From NCBI RefSeq assembly GCF_001457615.1, contig NZ_LN831024.1, positions 3,690,001 to 3,722,000 of the forward strand: a stretch of DNA of 32,000 nt. Reading direction: 5' to 3'. This document shows positions 25,628 to 32,000 of the stretch, piece after piece (position 1 is the stretch's first letter; each line of letters starts with the position of its first letter). The stretch comes from Pseudomonas aeruginosa. GTDB taxonomy: Bacteria > Pseudomonadota > Gammaproteobacteria > Pseudomonadales > Pseudomonadaceae. The position numbers were made by a program, and so were the translations under genes. Under the pieces are notes generated by a model that was given only the letters and a program-made list of their open reading frames with translations, searched no databases and was not told the origin of the DNA.

Positions 25628-27349
25628 ATGCCACTCGCCCGCTGGGTACCCGGACTCGATAGCCTGCTCCACTACCGCCGCGCCTGGTTCCGTCCGGATG
25701 TCCAGGCCGGGCTGTCGGTAGCGGCGATCCAGATCCCCACCGCCATCGCCTACGCCCAGATCGCCGGCTTCCCGCCCCAGGTAGGCCTCTATGCGTGCAT
25801 CCTGCCGATGCTGATCTACGCCCTGATCGGCAGCTCGCGGCAGTTGATGGTAGGCCCCGACGCGGCGACCGCGGCGATGGTCGCCGCCGCCATCACCCCG
25901 CTGGCGGCGGGCGATCCGCAGCGCCTGGTGGACCTGTCGATGATCGTCGCGATCATGGTCGGGCTGTTCTCCATCGTCGCCGGCCTGGCCCGCGCCGGGT
26001 TCATCGCCAGCTTCCTCTCGCGACCGATCCTGGTCGGCTACCTCAACGGCATCGGCCTGAGCCTGCTGGTCGGGCAACTGGGCAAGCTGTTCGGCTACGA
26101 GGCGGCGACCAGCGGCTTCGTCGCCGGCATCCTCGCGCTGCTGGAGAACCTGCTGCACATCCATTGGCCGACGCTGATCCTCGGCAGCCTCTCGCTCTTG
26201 CTGATGGTGCTGCTGCCGCGGCGCTTCCCGCAGTTGCCCGGGGCGCTCTGCGGCGTCCTCCTGGCCAGCCTCGCCGCGGCGCTGCTGGGCCTGGATCGCT
26301 ACGGCGTGGAACTGCTTGGCGAGGTACCGGCCGGGCTGCCGCAACTGAGCTGGCCGCAGACCAGCCTGGAGGAACTGAAAAGCCTGCTGCGCGACGCCAC
26401 CGGCATTACCGTGGTCAGCTTCTGCAGCGCCATGCTCACCGCGCGCAGCTTCGCCGCCCGTCACGGCTACAGCATCAACGCCAACCACGAATTCGTCGCC
26501 CTCGGCCTGGCCAACATCGGCGCCGGGGTCTCCCAGGGCTTCGCCATCAGCGGCGCCGACTCACGCACCGCGGTGAACGACATGGTCGGCGGCAAGACCC
26601 AACTGGTCGGCGTGATCGCCGCACTGGTGATCGCCGCCACCCTGTTGCTGCTGAACAAGCCCCTGGGCTGGGTGCCGATGCCGGCGCTCGGCGCGGTCCT
26701 GTTGCTGGCCGGCTGGGGCCTGATCGACGTGCAGGCGCTGAAGGGCTTCTGGAAGCTCAGCCGCTTCGAGTTCAGCCTCTGCCTGCTGACCACCGTCGGC
26801 GTGCTCAGCGTCGGCGTGCTGCCGGGAATCTTCGTCGCCGTCAGCATCGCCGTACTGCGCCTGCTCTACTACACCTATCGCCCGAGCGACGCGGTGCTCG
26901 GCTGGATGCACGGCATCGACGGCCAGGTCGAGCTGGCCAAGTACCCGCAGGCCACCACTCTTCCCGGCCTGGTGATCTACCGCTTCGACGCCCCCCTGCT
27001 GTTCTTCAACGCCGACTACTTCAAGCAGCGGGTGCTTGCCGTGGTGGACGGCAGCGAGCGGCCGAATGCGGTGCTGCTCAACGCCGAAGCCATGACCAAC
27101 CTCGACATCAGCGGCCTGGCCACCCTCCACGAGGTGCAACAGATCCTCAAGGCCCAGGGCGTGCACCTGTCGCTGGCGCGGGTGACCGGGCAGACGCTGG
27201 ACCTGCTGCAACGCTCGAGCATGCTCGGCGAGATCAAGCCGCCGCTGGTGTTCAGCTCGGTGCGCTCCGGGGTCAGTGCCTATCGCTACTGGCTGCGCCA
27301 GCAGGAAAGACTCGCCGCCCAGGCCGCGGCTACAAGCGGAAATGCCTGA
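25628..27349 (+). CDS. SulP-family anion (sulfate) transporter with a C-terminal STAS domain
   Basis: 573 aa. The N-terminal polytopic SulP core ([29 protein letters not shown]) is followed by a STAS-like C-terminus ([17 protein letters not shown]...[12 protein letters not shown]). Confidence 0.9.
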   Translation: MPLARWVPGLDSLLHYRRAWFRPDVQAGLSVAAIQIPTAIAYAQIAGFPPQVGLYACILPMLIYALIGSSRQLMVGPDAATAAMVAAAITPLAAGDPQRLVDLSMIVAIMVGLFSIVAGLARAGFIASFLSRPILVGYLNGIGLSLLVGQLGKLFGYEAATSGFVAGILALLENLLHIHWPTLILGSLSLLLMVLLPRRFPQLPGALCGVLLASLAAALLGLDRYGVELLGEVPAGLPQLSWPQTSLEELKSLLRDATGITVVSFCSAMLTARSFAARHGYSINANHEFVALGLANIGAGVSQGFAISGADSRTAVNDMVGGKTQLVGVIAALVIAATLLLLNKPLGWVPMPALGAVLLLAGWGLIDVQALKGFWKLSRFEFSLCLLTTVGVLSVGVLPGIFVAVSIAVLRLLYYTYRPSDAVLGWMHGIDGQVELAKYPQATTLPGLVIYRFDAPLLFFNADYFKQRVLAVVDGSERPNAVLLNAEAMTNLDISGLATLHEVQQILKAQGVHLSLARVTGQTLDLLQRSSMLGEIKPPLVFSSVRSGVSAYRYWLRQQERLAAQAAATSGNA

Positions 27350-29287
27350 CCATGCCCTGTAGTTCGCGGCCCAGCTCCGCCAGTTGTTCGCTGGACGAAG
27401 CCGTCGACTGCATGGCCTGGGCCGACTGATCGGCCACCTCGCGGATCGCCGTGACGCTGCGGTTGATCTCCTCGGCGACCGCGCTCTGCTGCTCGGAGGC
27501 CGCGGCGATCTGCTGGTTCATCTTCTGGATCAGCGCCACCGCCGTGGCGATGTTGCCCAGCGCCGCCTCGGTCTGCAACGCGTCGTCGACGCTCTGGTCC
27601 ACCAACTGGTGGCTGCGCTGCATACGCTGCACCGCCTGCTGCGTGCCATTCTGCAAGGCACCGATCAGGGTCTCGATCTCGGCCGTGGACTGTTGGGTGC
27701 GCCGCGCCAGCGCCCGCACCTCGTCGGCGACCACGGCGAAGCCTCGACCCTGGTCGCCGGCCCGCGCCGCCTCGATGGCGGCGTTCAGCGCCAGCAGGTT
27801 GGTCTGCTCGGCCACGCTCTTGATCACGTCCAGCACGCTGCCGATGCGCTGGCTGTCGGCGCTCAGCGCCTCGACGCTGGCGGTGGCCGCGCGCACCGCC
27901 TCGGCCAGTCGCTCGATCCGCTCCAGGGTCTGGCGTACCACCTCCTGGCCGACGCTGACCTTGCCGTCGGCGCTTTCCGCCGCCCCCGCGGCTTCCTCGG
28001 CGTTGTGCGCCACTTCATGGACGGTGGCGGCCATCTGGTTCATCGCCGTGGCCACCTGTTCGGTTTCCGCCCGCTGGCTGTCGATTCCCAGGCGGGTGCG
28101 CGTGGTAACGCCGGACAGCGCCTCGGAAGCGCCGGCAATCCGCCCGACGCCGTCCTGCAACTGGCTGACGATACCGCGCAGGCTGCCGGTCATGGCGCGC
28201 ATCGCGGCCATCAGTTGGCCAACCTCGTCGCGCCGCTCGCTGTCGACCCGTACCGCAAGGTCGCCTTCGGCGATCCGCTGCGCCACACCCATCGCCTGGC
28301 GCAGCGGACGGACGATCAGCAGGCTGATGCCGAAGGCCGCGCCCAGGCCCACCAGCAGCGCCAGCACGGCGGCGCCGACGATCAGCAGGGAGTTTGTCCG
28401 CAGGCTGTGGAGCATGGCCTGCTGCTGCGCCTCCCAGCTACGGTCGACACGCGCCATCACCTGCCCGGCGCGCTCGCCCATGGCGGCGTACATCTGCCGC
28501 TCCTGGCGCTGACTGGCGCGGTACTCGGCGAGCTTGTCGGCGAAACCGCGGATATTGGTCAGCACGTCCTTGACCACCGACACGTAGGCATCGTCGGTGA
28601 TCGCCTGCTCCAGCAGGGCTGCCAGCTCCAGCGCCTCGCGCAGCGATTTCGGCGGCCCCTCCTGCGCATCCGCGGCGCGCGCTTCGAGACGCGAGCGGGC
28701 CTCGTCCAGCCCCTGAAGGACCAGGCGATTGACCTGGGCGACCTGGGCCGCCTGCTGCAACAGCGGCTCGCCGTCGTGCCCCTGGCTCTCCTTCAGCGCA
28801 TAGGCGCCATCCTCGGCCAGGCTGGACTGGAGGATATCGAGGCTGTTGGCGGCGCCGTTCAGCGACCAGCTGGCGCTTTCCCAAGCCAACTGGCGTCCCT
28901 GGATGGACTGCTCGAAGCGGCCGAACGCTTCGAGGTACGCCGCCAGCACCTGCTCCACCTCGGCCATGCCAAGCGCCTGATCGGCGTCGCCGTCGGCCTT
29001 GAGCCGGCCCACCCGTTCGAGGGTCGCGGCCAGGCGCTGGCGCAAGCGCTCGGCGTCGCTCTTTCCCCGTGCAGGGCAAAGTCCTTCTCGGCCTGGCGAA
29101 CCTCCAGCACGTCGCGATTGATCGCGCTCATCTCCTGCAGGCGCGCGAAGCGCTGCCCCAGCGCATGCAGCGAGAGCACCGCGAGCGCGGCCACCAGCGC
29201 GGTCAATAGCAGGACCAGGGTAAAACCGATGGCCAGTTTCTTCGCCGTGCCGAGATCGGCCAGACGCCTGCGCAGCAACCCCAGCAT
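27330..29287 (-). pseudogene. Methyl-accepting chemotaxis protein with an apparent 1-nt frameshift about 70 codons in
   Basis: The N-terminus with TM1 ([38 protein letters not shown]...EKDFALHG) is in the frame of ORF 28859..29722. The sensor, TM2, HAMP and signalling domains ([35 protein letters not shown]) are in ORF 27330..29471. The switch occurs at the run ctttcccc (29061-29068). The span is 1958 nt, not a multiple of 3. Confidence 0.8.
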
Positions 29288-29377
29288 GACTCCCCTCCCC
29301 CGTGACGCGCCGTCTGCGTGCGCATTTCCCGCTGTGTCGCGCGTTTTTCGCCGAACCTGAGCGGCCGGGCAAGGTAG

Positions 29378-29393
29378 TGGCACGATAATGGCC
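29378..29393 (+). promoter_or_regulatory. Sigma-54-like promoter TGGCACGATAATGGCC upstream of the small secreted-protein gene
   Basis: TGGCACG is a perfect -24 element, and the correctly spaced GC sits in TGGC (consensus TTGC). It is in an intergenic region in the correct orientation, 96 nt upstream of ATG 29489. Confidence 0.35.
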
Positions 29394-29488
29394 AGGAGAG
29401 ATATGCGCAGGTCGTTTCCAGGATATCCGGGCTGACGTCGGGCGGCCGCGGAGCCATACTGGGCGCCCCATGGAAAAAGGAGCTTGCC

Positions 29489-29896
29489 ATGCGTCCCGTA
29501 TTGCCGCTGTTGCTGTCGCTGAGTCTGTGCGCCCCCGCCCTGGCCGACTGGAGCGGCCCGATCGAGCAGCCGCTCTGGTCGTTGCCGGCGACGCCGGGCC
29601 TGTCGCGCTGGCTGATCGTGCACAACCTGTCGAGCGCGGCGGCCGACGGCCTGTACCACGTCGAGGTCCTGGAGCGCCGCCAGGGCCAGCAGCCCTGGCA
29701 GTTCCAGCGCCTGGCCGCGCACCTGGCGCTGACCGAACAGGCGCTGCGCGCGAGTATCGTGGCGCCGCTGAAACGCGGCGGGGTGTATCCGGAAAGCTAC
29801 CAGTTCGCCTATCGCCAGTGGCAGGAACGCCAGGCCGCGGGCCAGGCGCCGGTGTGCCGGCGCACGGTCGACGAGTGCCTGCGGGCGCCGGACTGA
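29489..29896 (+). CDS. Secreted hypothetical protein with a signal peptide
   Basis: 135 aa with an N-terminal signal sequence ([21 protein letters not shown]) and an AAGGAG Shine-Dalgarno. I recognise no functional motif. Confidence 0.65.
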   Translation: MRPVLPLLLSLSLCAPALADWSGPIEQPLWSLPATPGLSRWLIVHNLSSAAADGLYHVEVLERRQGQQPWQFQRLAAHLALTEQALRASIVAPLKRGGVYPESYQFAYRQWQERQAAGQAPVCRRTVDECLRAPD

Positions 29897-29902
29897 GCCC
29901 GA

Positions 29903-30511
29903 CTACCTGGGCCGGATCATGCTGAACGTGTCGCGGGTATAGCTGTAGTGGCTGCCGCCCAGGCGACCGACCAGGTCGAGCCTGTCGCTATCCACATGGC
30001 GCTCGTCGGCCAGCACGGCATCGTCGACATGGGCCAGCAGCACGCGGGCGAAGATCAGGTGGCAATTGGGGTTCTCCGCCGGATACGGCTTGATCTCCGC
30101 CACCTCGCACTCGAAGGCCACCGCCGCCGCGGCGATCCGCGGCGGCGCCACGCGTACGCTGGACACGGTAGGGATGCCGACCGTCTCGATCTCGCTCACG
30201 CCATGGGGCAGCCAGGCGGAGGTGGCGTTCATGGTCTCTGCCTGGGCGGCGCCGACCAGGTGGATCACCAACTGCCCGGTGGCCTGGACGTTGCGCAGGG
30301 TGTCCTTGAGGCTGCCGTCGTCGCGCAGGCTGACGTTGACCATCAGGGTCGGCGGCTCGTCGCTGATCACCTGGAAGAAGCTGAACGGGGCCAGGTTGCT
30401 GGCGCCCTCGGCGGACAGGGTCGAGACCCAGGCAATCGGTCGCGGGGTGACGGTGGAAGCCAACCAGCGATAGGCCTCGGCGGGAGCGATGGTGGTGAAG
30501 TCCAGTTGCAT
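29903..30511 (-). CDS. Flavin reductase-like FMN-binding domain protein
   Basis: 202 aa with the [27 protein letters not shown] signature typical of the flavin reductase-like (DIM6/NTAB) fold. Confidence 0.75.
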   Translation of the reverse strand: MQLDFTTIAPAEAYRWLASTVTPRPIAWVSTLSAEGASNLAPFSFFQVISDEPPTLMVNVSLRDDGSLKDTLRNVQATGQLVIHLVGAAQAETMNATSAWLPHGVSEIETVGIPTVSSVRVAPPRIAAAAVAFECEVAEIKPYPAENPNCHLIFARVLLAHVDDAVLADERHVDSDRLDLVGRLGGSHYSYTRDTFSMIRPR

Positions 30512-30648
30512 GGCGGTCTCGCGGAAATCGACGGAGGGGACGCCGATTATGCCGCAGCCCCGCAGCTCTCGCGACCGTCTGCGCCGAGGCCCTGCGCCAC
30601 CTGGAAGCAGCGGCTAGACTTGCCCTACCCTCACCCAGGAGCCCTGCC

Positions 30649-30996
30649 ATGAACTATCGAGGAAGCTGCCACTGCGGAACCATCGCCTACGAAGTCGAAG
30701 GCGACCTCGACCAGGTGATCCAGTGCAACTGTTCACTGTGCAGCCGGCGCGGCTGGCTGCTGTGGTTCGTCCCGCGCGACCGTCTGGCGCTGAAGACGCC
30801 GGCCAGCGCGATGCACACCTACACCTTCAACACCCATCGCCTGCAGCATCACTTCTGCCCCACCTGCGGCTGCGCGCCGTTCAGCGAAGGCATAGGCCCG
30901 GACGGCCAGGCGATGGCCGCGGTCAACGCGCGCTGCCTGGAGGACATCGACGCCAGCGCGCTCCCGGTACAGCACTACGATGGCCGCAACGCCTGA
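30649..30996 (+). CDS. GFA/CENP-V-family zinc protein (glutathione-dependent formaldehyde-activating-like)
   Basis: 115 aa with the cysteine pattern GSCHCG...[10 protein letters not shown]...HFCPTCG. Confidence 0.8.
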
Positions 30997-32000
30997 CGCT
31001 GGCGCAGGTAGCCGATCACCTCGGCCTGGTTGCCGCGGAACTCGACGCGGTCTTCCTTGCTCTGCCGCTGGAAGGCGTACATCGGGTCGTAGTACTCCTT
31101 GAGCAGCCCCTCGATCCAGCCGCGATGGGTATCCACCGAGCCGTCGCGGCCCTGCTCTTCCAGCGCCTGCACGAGGATCGCCGCCAGCCGCTGGTAGCGC
31201 TCGCCGCCGAGGCGCTTGACGATGCCGGCGAGGCTCTTCTGCAGGTAGGCGGAGAAGGCGGCGAAGCCCTCCTCCACGCCCACCACACGCTCGAACTCGC
31301 TGCGCAGGTCGATCACGTAGTCCCTGAGGATACGCTCGACACGCTGCTCGAAGGCATCCTCCAGCCAGACCAGCGGGTAGCCCTGCATGCCCTGGTACAG
31401 CTCCAGCGGCAAGGAGCAGCTGCCGACGATCCGCCCCTCGTCCTCGAGGACGAACTGGCCGACGCCACGATGACGCTTCTTCAGGATGTCGATGGCCAGG
31501 CGGTTCTCGAAGTCGATCTGCGCCGGCTGCGGCGTGGCTCGCCGGCCAAAGCTGGAGCCGCGGTGGTTGGCGTGGCCTTCGAGATCGAGGCTGTTGTCCA
31601 GCGCCGCGATCACCTCGGTCTTGCCGCAACCGGTGAGGCCGCCGACCAGCACGAAATCGCACTCGTCGACCGCCGCGCGGGTGGTTTCGAAAAGGAAGTT
31701 GCGCAACGCCTTGTAGCCGCCGATCACCCGTGGGTAGTCGATGCCGGCGTCCTGCTTCAGCCACTGCTGGACGATCTGCGAGCGCAGGCCGCCGCGGAAG
31801 CAATACAGGTAGCCGTTCGGGTTGGCTTCGGCGAAGGCTTTCCAGGCCGCCAGCCGTTCGGCCTTGAGCGCCCCGCAGACCAGTTCGTGGCCAAGGGCGA
31901 TGGCGGCCTGCTGGCCGTGCTGCTTGTAGCTGGTGCCGACCTTCTGCCGCTCGATGTCGTTCATCAGCGGCCGGTTGACAGTGTTGGGAAAGGCGCCCTT
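30975..32000 (-). CDS. selU: tRNA 2-selenouridine synthase (C-terminal about 341 codons; N-terminus lies beyond the right edge)
   Basis: Strong similarity, from memory, to E. coli SelU/YbbB ([37 protein letters not shown]-loop [20 protein letters not shown]). The frame stays open upstream of the listed ATG to position 32000 ([12 protein letters not shown]). Confidence 0.85.

Noticed and set aside
27330-27349. Convergent gene-end overlaps: SulP/MCP by 20 bp, and GFA/selU by 22 bp at 30975-30996.
   Set aside because: Short 3' overlaps of convergent genes are common in compact high-GC genomes. Nothing else is unusual at these junctions.
1-32000. Search for CRISPR arrays, tRNA/rRNA genes, IS elements, integrases, phage genes, or long direct or inverted repeats flanking the T6SS cluster.
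   Set aside because: I saw none by eye or in the ORF track. Apart from the AT-rich island and the possible deletion scar, the window shows no sign of mobile DNA.

Overview
The window is high-GC (about 65%) Pseudomonas-type chromosome. From memory, the gene order and protein sequences match the Pseudomonas aeruginosa PAO1 region PA1643-PA1669, which carries the H2 type VI secretion locus. I could not run an alignment to confirm this.

Positions 1-16743 (minus strand) hold one tightly packed T6SS operon: tssA2, tssB2, tssC2, tssE2, a PAAR-like ORF, tssF2, tssG2, clpV2, sfa2 (a sigma-54 enhancer-binding protein), a 46-aa lipoprotein, fha2, tssJ2, tssK2, tssL2 and the 5' part of tssM2. No hcp, vgrG or effector/immunity genes lie in the window.

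Positions 16744-17914 are a 1.17-kb ORF-less gap. Its left 650 bp are AT-rich and full of dyad and repeat motifs. Its right 420 bp are GC-rich with only broken reading frames.

Positions 17915-32000 are ordinary housekeeping or accessory metabolism genes: a GST, an aminotransferase, a MarR regulator, a membrane protein, a BenE-type transporter, a BASS transporter, an SDR, an NADPH enone reductase-like oxidoreductase, a SulP transporter, an MCP, a small secreted protein, a flavin reductase-like protein, a GFA-domain protein and partial selU.

Most notable:
- Three related 22-bp dyads sit upstream of a near-consensus sigma-54 promoter that points away from the T6SS operon into the ORF-less segment.
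- Two genes (sfa2 and the MCP) are split by 1-nt frameshifts, each at a 4-nt C/G run.
- The PAAR-like ORF changes composition and loses canonical motifs halfway through.

I found no rRNA, tRNA, CRISPR array, transposase or integrase. I see no clearly new multi-gene system; the unexplained material is concentrated in 16744-17914.
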